In this document: piece after piece, positions 30,610 through 41,106 of the stretch
Layout of the letters: each line of letters starts with the position of its first letter
Numbering within the stretch: the first letter of the stretch is position 1
Translations under genes and position numbers: made by a program
From: an uncultured Candidatus Saccharibacteria bacterium
GTDB lineage: Bacteria > Patescibacteriota > Dojkabacteria > SC72 > JAFGCJ01
DNA: 64,000 nucleotides
Assembly (NCBI GenBank): GCA_964481345.1
Contig: CAYZTC010000004.1
Location: forward strand, 5,731-69,730
Direction: 5' to 3'
The notes under the pieces: generated by a model
The model's database searches: none
What the model saw: the letters and a program-made list of their open reading frames with translations, nothing else
Told to the model about the DNA's origin: nothing

Positions 30610-31673
30610 AAGTAGTTTCGCTAATAGGAGCAAGACCACAATATATTAAAGAGGCGGCAGTAAACAAGGCACTTAAAAAGGCGAAAATAAAAGAAATCAT
30701 TGTCAATTCTGGTCAGCATTACGACTACAATATGGCGGATGTTTTCTTTAAGACACTGAAAATAACTCCTCCGGACTATAATCTAAAGGTTGGCTCTGGT
30801 CTTCATGGGGAGATGACTGCGAAAATCATAGCTGCTTTTGAAAAACTAATGATGAAGGTCAATCCGGATGTGATCCTTGTTTATGGTGATACAAACACTA
30901 CACTTGCTGGTGCAATAGTTGCTACAAAACTAAAGATTAAGCTTGCTCACGTGGAGGCAGGTATTAGAATGCTTCCAAAAGATATGCCAGAAGAAATTAA
31001 CAGAACTCTGGCAGATCGTGTTTCGAATCTGCTCTTTTGTTGTTCTGAACGTGGTGTTGAAAACCTTAAAAATGAAGGAATGACAGAGGGAGTTTATAAT
31101 ACTGGGGATGTTATGTATGATGTATTCGTTCAGACAAAGAAGAAATTTGATTATTCACTATACGAAGATCTAAAGCTCAAAAATAGAGAATTTGTATTGG
31201 TCACGATTCACAGGGATTACAATGTAGATGATAAGAAGACATTCAAGAAAATTCTTGAAGCGTTAAATGAAGTGGCAAAGAACAAAAGAGTTATATATCC
31301 AATGCATCCTCGAAGCAAAAAAATGGCGAAGAAGTTCGGATTGGAAAAACTATTGAAAAACATTGATATTATGAAACCAATAGACTACTTGAGCCTTATG
31401 GGATTGATGCAACACTGTAGTGGAGTGATTACTGATAGTGGAGGTGTCCAGAGAGAAGCATATTTTTCAAAGAAACCGGCTTATATACTGATGCCTGATC
31501 CTGCCTGGCATGAACTTGTTGAAAAAAAGATGAATTATTTGTGTACTTCTGAGAATCTATGTTCAACAATTAAGAGACCAAGAAAGTATAACTGTATTCC
31601 TAATATTTATGGGAACGGTCATGCGGCGGAAAAAATAGTCAATATATTAAAGAAGGAATGTGTTAAAAGATAA
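30606..31673 (+). CDS. wecB: Non-hydrolysing UDP-GlcNAc(3NAcA) 2-epimerase (WecB/WbpI)
   Basis: GARPQYIK, SGQHYD, YGDTNTT, HVEAGIR, MPEEINR, TDSGGVQREA. Confidence 0.93.
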   Translation: MKVVSLIGARPQYIKEAAVNKALKKAKIKEIIVNSGQHYDYNMADVFFKTLKITPPDYNLKVGSGLHGEMTAKIIAAFEKLMMKVNPDVILVYGDTNTTLAGAIVATKLKIKLAHVEAGIRMLPKDMPEEINRTLADRVSNLLFCCSERGVENLKNEGMTEGVYNTGDVMYDVFVQTKKKFDYSLYEDLKLKNREFVLVTIHRDYNVDDKKTFKKILEALNEVAKNKRVIYPMHPRSKKMAKKFGLEKLLKNIDIMKPIDYLSLMGLMQHCSGVITDSGGVQREAYFSKKPAYILMPDPAWHELVEKKMNYLCTSENLCSTIKRPRKYNCIPNIYGNGHAAEKIVNILKKECVKR

Positions 31674-32838
31674 AACTATTCTCTACATTGTCCATAATTA
31701 TAATAGCTTTCAAAAGGATCCTATTGAAGAAGCCGCAAAATATTTTAATAAAGTATATGTATTAGTTAGGTATAAGCCCATTTCTCGGATTGCTAGGTAT
31801 ATTCCATGGAAGTGGTTCAAACAGTTTGATGAATCTTACGTTATTGATCTGAATAATTTACCGAAGAATGTTGAAGTTATCAAAACCCCCTTCTGGTATC
31901 TACCATTTGGGGTATTTAATAAATGGTTAGGAGATTTGCACTATAAGGCGGTGGATAAGGCTATTAAAGAAAATGATATTAAGTTTGATATAGTTCATTC
32001 ACATTATATCTGGTCTTCAGGTTATGTGGGTATGAGATTAAAAGAAAAATATGATGTTCCATTTATAGTTACTGGGCATGGATATGATGTGTATGAGATG
32101 CCATTCGAAAATGACTTTTGGAAGGGAAAAATTACAAGTATCTTAGAAAAATCTGATAGAGTTTTAACAGTTAGTAACTTTAATAAAAGGCATTTGCTCA
32201 AATTAGGTATTAAAGAGAAAAAGATTGCAGTAGTACATAATGGGTTTTCTAGGAAATTATTTACTCCAATGAATAAGTTGTCATCGAGAAAAGAGTTAAA
32301 AATTAGTTCAAAAGGAAAAATCTGTGTTTCTGTTGGGAGCTTAGATATATTCAAAGGACATAGAATTCTGCTGGAGGCAATGGCCATGTTGACTAAGAAG
32401 TATGATGATCTATATTGCTATATTGTTGGATATGGTCCTCAATATGGTAAGTTAATGAGTTTAATTAGAGAACTTAATTTACAAGGGAGGGTATTTCTAG
32501 TAGGAGGAAAGCCTCATGACCAAATAGTGAAGTGGATTGGCATGAGTGATGTTTTTGTGATACCGAGCCTTATAGAAAGTGCATCTGTAGTATTATTGGA
32601 AGCATTAGCTTGCGGGAAGCCGGTGGTTGCAACAAACGTTGGTATCATACCGGACGTGCTTAATGACAATTGTGGGATTATTGCAGAAACCAATGATCCT
32701 ATTGAGTTAGGCAGAAACATAAAAAAAGCATTAAACAGAAATTGGGATTCCAAAATGATAGCAAGGTGTGCTGATAGATTTTCCTGGGAAAATTCGGTAA
32801 AACAAACATTAAGTCTTTATTCTGAGGTTGTTAAATGA
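31660..32838 (+). CDS. Glycosyltransferase family 4 (TuaC-like)
   Basis: HSHY, TGHGYD, ESASVVLLEALACGKPVVATNVG. Confidence 0.9.
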   Translation: MLKDKTILYIVHNYNSFQKDPIEEAAKYFNKVYVLVRYKPISRIARYIPWKWFKQFDESYVIDLNNLPKNVEVIKTPFWYLPFGVFNKWLGDLHYKAVDKAIKENDIKFDIVHSHYIWSSGYVGMRLKEKYDVPFIVTGHGYDVYEMPFENDFWKGKITSILEKSDRVLTVSNFNKRHLLKLGIKEKKIAVVHNGFSRKLFTPMNKLSSRKELKISSKGKICVSVGSLDIFKGHRILLEAMAMLTKKYDDLYCYIVGYGPQYGKLMSLIRELNLQGRVFLVGGKPHDQIVKWIGMSDVFVIPSLIESASVVLLEALACGKPVVATNVGIIPDVLNDNCGIIAETNDPIELGRNIKKALNRNWDSKMIARCADRFSWENSVKQTLSLYSEVVK

Positions 32839-34139
32839 TTGCGTATTTTAAAAAAATAATTGAAAAATATGTAACAGACAGTCAATATAAAAAGAATGTT
32901 CTGATAATGATCATTGGTCGGATAGTAGCACAAGCAATTCCCATCCTAGCTACTCCAATATTAACTAGGATATATTCACCGGAAGAATTTGGAATATTTG
33001 CTGTTTCTATGGCAGTTCTTACTATAGTGTCAATGATTTCTAATGGTAGGTATTGTAAAGCTGTGAACTTACCAAAGAATAAAAAGGATGGATTGAAATT
33101 ATTTTTACTAGCAAGTCTTTTCACCATTTTATCGACTTGCATTTTTGGGTTGTTTTTAGTTTTCTGGGGGAAGAATTTCTGGAGATTATTGAATGCAGGG
33201 GAGATTGAAAAATATTACTTATGGGTTGTTCTAAACGTATTATTTGTTGGCTTGTCTGAATCATTATTTTATTATGGGTTAAGGTTAAAGAAGTTTAAAG
33301 TTTTAGTGAGAAATGCTGTTTTACAGTCATTAGTTACAGTTTTTGTCAGAATAGTGATTGGTTTACTTGGGTATACTGGAAATGGCTTGTTGATTTCATA
33401 TTTACTTGGATATGCACTTTCATATTTCTTTCTTTTTATTGAACTACGTATTCTTAACGTTTTGCGGGACATAAAAATTAAGGGTTCAAGATTCATATTT
33501 CTTATCAAGAAATATTCGAATTTTCCCAAATTTTCTCTCTTAGCAAACACTTTATATAGATTTGCATATGATTTACCAAGTGTGATGTTGAATATGTTCT
33601 TTGGCAGTTCCCCTGCTGGCTTTTATTCAATCTCCGAAAAGGTTTTGGGATCACCTCTTTGGTTTGTTACTTCATCAGTGGGTGATGTTTATAAACAAGA
33701 GGCTTCTGAGAGGTATAGAGTGGATGGAAACTTTTATCCGATCTTTATCAAAACAGCAAGAACAATGTTTCATTTCGGTATTATTCCTTTTGTATTAATT
33801 TTTATATCCTCTTATTATTTTATTCCATTATTTTTAGGTGAAGCCTGGAAACCAGTTGGAGGTTATATTAGAATATTTTCATTGATGTATTTTTCACATT
33901 TTATTGTTTTTCCAATTTCTTCGACAATTTACATTATAAATAAGCAAAACTATGCTATATTATTTGAGTTATTTAAATCATTATCAATACTTATAGCTTT
34001 TTTTGTTGGGATAGTAAGGAATGATATTGATTTATCATTAATTTTATGGTCAGGGTTGATTACATTGGTGAATATCGTTCAGTTTTTATTTCTCAAAAGA
34101 TTTGCAAAGAGTTCTAAATATGAAGAGTCTTATAAATAA
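32835..34139 (+). CDS. wzx: Wzx-type oligosaccharide flippase, copy 1
   Basis: PILTRIYSPEEFG, KYSNFPKFSL, GFYS..KVLGSP, LGEAW..G; many TMs. Confidence 0.85.
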   Translation: MIAYFKKIIEKYVTDSQYKKNVLIMIIGRIVAQAIPILATPILTRIYSPEEFGIFAVSMAVLTIVSMISNGRYCKAVNLPKNKKDGLKLFLLASLFTILSTCIFGLFLVFWGKNFWRLLNAGEIEKYYLWVVLNVLFVGLSESLFYYGLRLKKFKVLVRNAVLQSLVTVFVRIVIGLLGYTGNGLLISYLLGYALSYFFLFIELRILNVLRDIKIKGSRFIFLIKKYSNFPKFSLLANTLYRFAYDLPSVMLNMFFGSSPAGFYSISEKVLGSPLWFVTSSVGDVYKQEASERYRVDGNFYPIFIKTARTMFHFGIIPFVLIFISSYYFIPLFLGEAWKPVGGYIRIFSLMYFSHFIVFPISSTIYIINKQNYAILFELFKSLSILIAFFVGIVRNDIDLSLILWSGLITLVNIVQFLFLKRFAKSSKYEESYK

Positions 34140-34297
34140 ATTTCGAAGATTGGGTATTGTGTTAGTATGTTATACCTTTGCCCAGCAGACCAAGAAGGTA
34201 TGTTGAATTTAAGATTAATATAAAGTAACAATTATGTTTGTTTGGATCGGATTTATTTGTAAGGCAGTATTGCAGGCGTTAGAAATAATATATTAAA

Positions 34298-34984
34298 TTG
34301 AGAGGCATGAAGTTTTTAGCGGTTATTTTGAGGAATATTTATTATAGATTATTAAATACAATATTACATAAAAGGGATCTAATCTCTGATATTGAGTATG
34401 AAATGAGAAAGATATTCTTAAAGAATTCCCAACAATTTGGGGGAAGATTTTTTTATCAGAGTTATCCTCCTTTAGATATTAGAGGGGAAAGATCAACCCT
34501 GAATCGATACAAAATATATGAATTAGACAAGTTTTTAAATAAGAGATCTACGGTTCTTGATATCGGAGGAAATGTGGGGTTTTTTTCAATATTTATTTCC
34601 GGGAAGGTAAAAAAGGTTGATGTTGTGGAAATAAATGAACCATTAACGGAAATCGGAAAATTTCTTATAGAGAAAGAGGAAATTAATAATGTTGAAATTT
34701 TTACACAAGATATAATGAAGTTAAAAAGTAAAGAGAAATACGATATTGTATTTTCTTTTGCTGTACATCACTGGGTGGGAGTAAGTTTTAAAGAGTATTT
34801 GAAAAAAATTCATGGTTTGCTTAAACCTAATGGACTTTTGCTTTTGGAGAGCCAGGATTTAAAAGTTGATAATATTGGAGATAAAGTAGAATCGATTAAG
34901 GATTTGTATACAGTAGTTAATAAAGGAATAACAGACGATCATATGGGGATGAAAAGAGAATATTTTTATCTCAGGAAAAGGTGA
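34298..34984 (+). CDS. Class I SAM-dependent methyltransferase (WbdD-MTase-like)
   Basis: FYQS, VLDIGGNVGFFS, YDIVFSFAVHHW, LKPNGLLLLES; likely start at the ATG at 34307. Confidence 0.85.
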   Translation: MRGMKFLAVILRNIYYRLLNTILHKRDLISDIEYEMRKIFLKNSQQFGGRFFYQSYPPLDIRGERSTLNRYKIYELDKFLNKRSTVLDIGGNVGFFSIFISGKVKKVDVVEINEPLTEIGKFLIEKEEINNVEIFTQDIMKLKSKEKYDIVFSFAVHHWVGVSFKEYLKKIHGLLKPNGLLLLESQDLKVDNIGDKVESIKDLYTVVNKGITDDHMGMKREYFYLRKR

Positions 34985-35754
34985 TAATTAAAAGAAGATT
35001 AAAAGTTTTTCCATTTTTTCGTACCCCTTGTCTTTTTTATGCTGAAAAAGAGGTTCTTGATTCCCAGATGGCTAGTGTTCTTTTCAATAAGATGTTTGGA
35101 AACTCCTGGAAATTTAGGCTGATTAATAATAAAGTCGTTTTGTTTTTATTGGGGGTTGTTTTTCAAAAGTCACTTAGTTTACCCAAGGAGGGAAGATTTC
35201 TCGTGTATCATGGATATGATGCTGATAAGTATTTTGAAATAGATCATAAGCTTGATGTAACTAATGTATATACTTTATTGAAGGATAATAAGTTTGTTAA
35301 AGAAAAATTTTTAGGATATCCGATATTTTATGATGTAAATAGTACAAACTTGAATAACGGAAAGCAGATAGAAAAATTTTTGAAAGAGCATTGGGAAAGA
35401 ATTAAAGTTGAGGGTGAAGAGGTATTGCATGGTGATTTGAATCCATATAATGTCTTACTATCATCCAAGGGATCGATTACTTTTGTAGACAAGAAAGAGG
35501 TTGTTAACAACTCAGTATTGTTTGATCATTTTTATTTTTTTTCTTGTTTACTGAATGTTCTTATTCTTAACGATAACCACTATAGAGATGAAATAGTTGA
35601 AGAATTAACAGAAATATATGAAAATATCTTTGAAAAAGAGAAAAAGGATTTTTTGATCAGTAAAGTTGAAGAAATTGATTTATCTCGGTCTGTTCTGAGA
35701 AATCCTAAGTTCTGCAAAGAGAGATTTGGTCGTCTTATTGAGGAGATCAAATGA
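34981..35754 (+). CDS. Kinase-like (APH/choline-kinase fold) protein
   Basis: LHGDLNPYNVL (Brenner motif) followed by FVD; start overlaps the methyltransferase stop. Confidence 0.65.
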   Translation: MIIKRRLKVFPFFRTPCLFYAEKEVLDSQMASVLFNKMFGNSWKFRLINNKVVLFLLGVVFQKSLSLPKEGRFLVYHGYDADKYFEIDHKLDVTNVYTLLKDNKFVKEKFLGYPIFYDVNSTNLNNGKQIEKFLKEHWERIKVEGEEVLHGDLNPYNVLLSSKGSITFVDKKEVVNNSVLFDHFYFFSCLLNVLILNDNHYRDEIVEELTEIYENIFEKEKKDFLISKVEEIDLSRSVLRNPKFCKERFGRLIEEIK

Positions 35755-37718
35755 GTAAAAAAGTCCCAAATATGAAGAAGCTTATAAGTAAAATTCGAAA
35801 AATAGATGGTATATATCTTTATATATTTCTTTTCTTTGCCTTTCTCGTTGTTTTAAGTCTTTTTCGTAATGCTAGTGGTGATGAGACTATTTATCTGAGA
35901 GAGACCATGATAATTTCTGAGCTTTTGAAGAAGGGTGTTTGGATCGGGAATTATGGTGTAGGTTTACATGGATTTATTTTCAAACTTCCAGTTGCTTTTG
36001 CCTTCATTATTATCGGTCAACCATCTGTTTTTCTTGCAACCTTTTTCACAATATCAATTAGCATTATTTCATTAATACTCTTTAATAAAATAGTCCAAAA
36101 GTTCTTCTTTAAAGGTAAGTATGCATTCTGGGCTACTGTATTATTCTCGGTAACTTTATTCTTTATTAACACATCTTTGAGTTTTAATCGAGATATTCCT
36201 GCAATATTTACCGTACTTCTTTTTGTTTATTTGTTTCTAAAGAAATCTAACAAATGGCTTATTGGATTGATCTTACTACTGATGCTTGATGCAAAGGAAC
36301 ACGTATTTCTTACAGTAGCACCTTTGTATGGGTTGTATGTTGTCATTGAAGGTATTAGTTCACTAAAGGGAAGTGGCTGGAAAAGGACTTTAGGAAGTAT
36401 TTTTGAACACCTATTCGCTGGTTACTATATGTGTTTAATATGGCTTGTTCTTATGTTTGTAACGAGCATTATCCCTATGAATATGTTTTGGGCTTCAATT
36501 TTTGGATTTACTGATGGAAAAGGCAGTTGGGTTGCCTCTCAATTTTCCACAGAGTCTGCAAGCAGTAATCTGATGGATGAAGAAGGGAAAGAGATATTTA
36601 AATTATCAGATTCGTCCATTCTAGGTCCTTATATGCCATGCGAAAATGAAGGAACTACAGAAAAAGAAGATAAAGTAAATGATTTGGAAAATAGTACTGG
36701 GGAAACTGAAACTTCAAATGTTGATTGTAGAGAAAGAAATTTGGTTTGTATGCTTATTACATTTGGTGATACTGTTCTATCTTATGTTGGAAAAGCTTTG
36801 TATCCTCGTACATTTTCTTTCATCTCTATACCAAAGCTAATCATACTACCTGCTCTCGTCATGTCAGTCCGACTATTTGCAGTTTGGTGGAAGAAGAAAG
36901 ATCGGAGATACGTTTTACCTTTAATATTGTTTTTTAACGTACTAATGATTATTTTTAGAGCTTCTCATGGTAGATATCTACTGTGTGTTTCTCCAATTTT
37001 TATGATCTTTTTCGTAATGATTGTTAAAGATGATCTTGAGAATATTAAGAGCTTTAGAAGTGTTCTAATAGCAACTACCGTATTTGTTATTCTAGGACTA
37101 TTCTTTGAATCTACATTTTTAAGACCAAAAATAATACTAGAAACAGTACTGTTGATTTTATTCTGGGTAGTGTGGATTCTTAGAAAGAGTAAGAAGAAGC
37201 TAGGGTATTTTGTAAGGGCTATATTTTTAACGAGTCTAGCATCTGGAATGTTGATGACAGCTTTAGCCTACTCCTATAGTATTGGACAGATATCGAGTTA
37301 CATTAAATATGGACATAATAGAGAAACTAAACAGATTTCAGAGGCTTTTGATAGCAAGGAAATCATTTGGATCAATTCTTACGGATCTGGGGACTTATTA
37401 AGTATGTATAGAATAGACCTTAGTAATGAGCCAGAGTGGCGTTGGGACTTACAAGATTGGATACCGAAGAAGAAGTTATTAAAGGTTTATTCCTTAGGTA
37501 ATACTTACACATCGTATATTTCAGATATGGATAGCTTTATGGAAGGGATTGAGAGTAATAATATAGAAAAAGTTGCATTGATAGTGTCTGCCTTGGAGGA
37601 GGACTATTTCGAAGGAGAGGAGTATCTAACTACTTTCTTTGTTCAAGACTGGTTAGAATATGAAAGAAAGGTAGATCTAAAGAATAAGGTGATGTACATA
37701 TTTAATGTTGAAGATTGA
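35751..37718 (+). CDS. GT-C-like multi-TM protein, paralog A
   Basis: GDETIYL acidic motif after TM1, RD, KEH, GRY; many TMs; C-terminal soluble domain. Confidence 0.65.
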   Translation: MSKKVPNMKKLISKIRKIDGIYLYIFLFFAFLVVLSLFRNASGDETIYLRETMIISELLKKGVWIGNYGVGLHGFIFKLPVAFAFIIIGQPSVFLATFFTISISIISLILFNKIVQKFFFKGKYAFWATVLFSVTLFFINTSLSFNRDIPAIFTVLLFVYLFLKKSNKWLIGLILLLMLDAKEHVFLTVAPLYGLYVVIEGISSLKGSGWKRTLGSIFEHLFAGYYMCLIWLVLMFVTSIIPMNMFWASIFGFTDGKGSWVASQFSTESASSNLMDEEGKEIFKLSDSSILGPYMPCENEGTTEKEDKVNDLENSTGETETSNVDCRERNLVCMLITFGDTVLSYVGKALYPRTFSFISIPKLIILPALVMSVRLFAVWWKKKDRRYVLPLILFFNVLMIIFRASHGRYLLCVSPIFMIFFVMIVKDDLENIKSFRSVLIATTVFVILGLFFESTFLRPKIILETVLLILFWVVWILRKSKKKLGYFVRAIFLTSLASGMLMTALAYSYSIGQISSYIKYGHNRETKQISEAFDSKEIIWINSYGSGDLLSMYRIDLSNEPEWRWDLQDWIPKKKLLKVYSLGNTYTSYISDMDSFMEGIESNNIEKVALIVSALEEDYFEGEEYLTTFFVQDWLEYERKVDLKNKVMYIFNVED

Positions 37719-39570
37719 GAAGTTTTTTAAGAAATCCGTTATTAAAAAATGGTTTCCCGTTGTATTTTATATTTTGTGGTTTTTATTTTTTGTTATTCTT
37801 TCGTTATTTCGGGATGCTAAATTAGATGAAAATATTTATCTTGGGGAAAGTACTGTAATCGCTGATCTACTAAAACAGGGGAAATGGATCGGAAATTATG
37901 GAGTTGGGCTTCACGGATTCATCAGTAAATTATTAGTCGGTACAGTTTTTATCTTCTCCGGACCTTCTGTGTTCATTGCTACCTTATTAAATATTCTAAT
38001 GGGTGTATTCAGTGGAGTAGTTTTCTACCGAATTTTAACCAAACATTTCAGACTCTCAATTTATTTCTCATTATTTGGGGTAACCCTGTTATTTTGTAGT
38101 TATCAATTCATTACATATATACCAACTTTCTATAGGGATATTGGAGTACTACTATGTGTTTTATTAACTATTGATTCTGTTCTCGGCAAAAAAAGTAAAT
38201 GGATAACCGGGATCTTTCTATTGTTGGTACTCGACTCAAAGGAACATGTTTTTTATACTCTTGCACCGGCATTTATAATCTGGATAGCTATTGAGAGTTG
38301 GCAAATGTACAAGGGTACTAGTCTTATAAAGGTTTTAAAGAATTTTATTGTAAGCGGATTTCAACTATTTCTACCATCGCTTATTTATTTAATACTAATG
38401 TTTACTACCGCGGTAATCCCTTTAAATATTTATAATGCAAAAATCTTGGGTCTAATAGATGAAGGGTTTAAAACACTGATTGTAAACTTTGATCCAGCTA
38501 TAGCAACAATAAATAGAGATATTGCAGCAAATCCAGACATCGCAAAAACTATACCTACAGTTACGTACTCTCAAGGTTCACCGGGTTTATTTAGAACTGC
38601 AATAGATAGTGTGAACTTAATATTGTCATACATAGGTAAGATTTCATATCCTAGAACATTTTCTTTTCTTTCTGTACCATTTTTGATTGTCATTCCAAGT
38701 TTATCGACTTGTGTTTTATATTTTCGGAAGTGGTTGAAAAAGAAACAGTATGAAAAGCTTTTGCTTCCAATTTCTCTTTTTATATACTTAATCATATATA
38801 TAGTTCATGCATCAATAAGCAGGTACATTCTTCCAATATCACCACTACTTTTTGTATTCTTTGTGCTCTTTTTAAAAAACATCAATGGGTGGAGTAAAGG
38901 ATATTATAAATTACTTTGGATTACTGTTGGATTTGTGTTTCTTGAGTTGTTCTTTGAATATAGTTTTGTCTGGGTTAAGATAATATTTAGTGTATTAATT
39001 TTGGTTATACTATTTCTAATATTCATAACAAAAAATTCCTGGAGATATTTGCTAACAGTAGGGTTTATAGTCTTAGTCTCCTTTTTTACTCTTGGAACAT
39101 CGATAATTGCGTCATATCAATATGGCCAGATCGGCAGTTATTTAAAATATGGATATAATCGGGAGTGTAAGGAAATCATGAGCCTTGTTGATAAAAATGA
39201 TAACATATGGATAAATGATATAGGTTGGGATAGACTTCCATTTGTATTAAGATCAGAAAATGTTCAAGATCCAGAGTGGAAGTGGAATCTTCAGGAATGG
39301 ATGCCGAAAAATGATATGTTAGTTATCGAGGATAGTTTTCTCACAAATTATTTTTATTGGGAAAGGGAGGCGGGATTAAAAGGTTCTGTCGATAGTAAAA
39401 AGATTGAAAAAATTGTATATATAGATTTAATCAACGATTTTGAGGATGAGAGCCTTCTGATGCAAAATAGAGCGGATATGGTGCTTGATTTTGATTGGCT
39501 TGAGCATGAAAAAAATGTCATAATGAAGAATAAGAAGGTGTATGTATTTAATGTTATTGACAGTAAATAA
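37705..39570 (+). CDS. GT-C-like multi-TM protein, paralog B
   Basis: LDENIYL, RD, KEH, SRY; shares long motifs with 35751..37718. Confidence 0.65.
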   Translation: MLKIEKFFKKSVIKKWFPVVFYILWFLFFVILSLFRDAKLDENIYLGESTVIADLLKQGKWIGNYGVGLHGFISKLLVGTVFIFSGPSVFIATLLNILMGVFSGVVFYRILTKHFRLSIYFSLFGVTLLFCSYQFITYIPTFYRDIGVLLCVLLTIDSVLGKKSKWITGIFLLLVLDSKEHVFYTLAPAFIIWIAIESWQMYKGTSLIKVLKNFIVSGFQLFLPSLIYLILMFTTAVIPLNIYNAKILGLIDEGFKTLIVNFDPAIATINRDIAANPDIAKTIPTVTYSQGSPGLFRTAIDSVNLILSYIGKISYPRTFSFLSVPFLIVIPSLSTCVLYFRKWLKKKQYEKLLLPISLFIYLIIYIVHASISRYILPISPLLFVFFVLFLKNINGWSKGYYKLLWITVGFVFLELFFEYSFVWVKIIFSVLILVILFLIFITKNSWRYLLTVGFIVLVSFFTLGTSIIASYQYGQIGSYLKYGYNRECKEIMSLVDKNDNIWINDIGWDRLPFVLRSENVQDPEWKWNLQEWMPKNDMLVIEDSFLTNYFYWEREAGLKGSVDSKKIEKIVYIDLINDFEDESLLMQNRADMVLDFDWLEHEKNVIMKNKKVYVFNVIDSK

Positions 39571-39755
39571 ATAACATTACAGTATATCGTAGTAAATGAT
39601 ATGAACGAAAATTGCGGTGCTTCCAGGAAGATATAAAATTCTCATCACGAAATTTTGATAGTAAAAGTAAATTAGATCCAATATTAAAGGAAAAATGAAG
39701 TAATGTTGGAATCATTAGAATAGAATAAATTTATTTTATATTACAAAATAATAAT

Positions 39756-40592
39756 ATGGTAGATTTTGATTACGAATCTTATTATAGGAAAAGAGAAGAC
39801 AAAGATACTGAATATACAAGAAAAGCAGGTTATATGAAAGCTTCTCATCTTTTTGATTTCATAAGAGACGAGAAGATTTATGATTCTATTGGAGAAGTAG
39901 GTACAGGTCCAGGAGATGTTTTAAATTATTTTGACAAATTCAGGATAAAGATAGGGATGGATATTTCATTAGAGGGATTACAGAAACAAATAGATAATTA
40001 TTTTAAGAATAAGGTTGAAGCTAAAGATTTGAATATAGATTTCGACAAATTCTATTTAAAAAGAATTTCTAGGGGTGAAATAGAAAGTAATTTTTTAAAA
40101 AGAAAGCCCTTAATAGATGGAAATCTTGCTTTAATTCAAGTTAAACCTGATTCCCCCTTGCCATTCGAAGACAAATCTGTAGATTATCTTATTTTGTGTG
40201 ATATTGTAGAGCATGTTAATAAGCCGATAGAATTTTTGACAGACATGAAAAGAGTTGGTAAGAAACTTTTGATAAAGGTTCCTATTGAAAAGGCCTTGAT
40301 GTGGTTATTAGTGTGTAAGTTGAATGGAATAAAATATGGAGAGAGTCATCCTTCGGGGCATCTGTATTATTGGAATGTGGAAGATGTATTTAATATGTTG
40401 AATAAATCTGGTATAGAGATTATAGACTCAAGATATTTTCCTTATAACATCGAATTTTCACAAAGAAAAACATTTATTAAATCAATCCTTTCTAAGTTAA
40501 TAGGGTTGCTTGATGGTATATTCCCGAATAAATTCTTTTTCTCTAAACTGCTATTAGGTGGAAGCTTATTTATATATGCAAAAGAAAAATAA
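39756..40592 (+). CDS. Class I SAM-dependent methyltransferase with internal insertion
   Basis: EVGTGPG, GMDIS, LPFEDKSVDYLILCDIVEHV, GHLYYW. Confidence 0.85.
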   Translation: MVDFDYESYYRKREDKDTEYTRKAGYMKASHLFDFIRDEKIYDSIGEVGTGPGDVLNYFDKFRIKIGMDISLEGLQKQIDNYFKNKVEAKDLNIDFDKFYLKRISRGEIESNFLKRKPLIDGNLALIQVKPDSPLPFEDKSVDYLILCDIVEHVNKPIEFLTDMKRVGKKLLIKVPIEKALMWLLVCKLNGIKYGESHPSGHLYYWNVEDVFNMLNKSGIEIIDSRYFPYNIEFSQRKTFIKSILSKLIGLLDGIFPNKFFFSKLLLGGSLFIYAKEK

Positions 40593-41106
40593 AAAGGTTT
40601 ACATATATGATTACTAACTGAGATAGAGTTATGTTTGTTTGGTGGTGATACCTTTGGTTCAGGTAAGGAAGTCACAGTAACTTGTTTTTACTAAGAAAAC
40701 TACAGATTTCCTTCTCAATGGATTCTTTGTAGGACGTGAGTACTTCAACATGAATATTTGAGTTGGAGTTTCTGAAAATGAGATGGAGCAATCCAATTAG
40801 AATTGCTTTATCACTAATGCTATTGTCAGTATAACTGCCGAATATGGTGATTCACCCTTTTGTTGGTGTTAAGTAGCCTGGGGTATTTGGAATTATTTTT
40901 AAATGTTATTTTCTTGATAGTATAAAAACTGAGAAAGTATAATTTTGGGACTTATAACAAATTTAGTTTTATTATATCATTACATGTGTAACATTAAGGA
41001 TTGTTATTACATATTCATAGGTCTAAGAAGGACAGAAAAGTGTATGGTTGATTTATTGTAGGAAAACGCTGTATAACAAGTAATAAATATATTCAAAGCT
41101 TATTAG

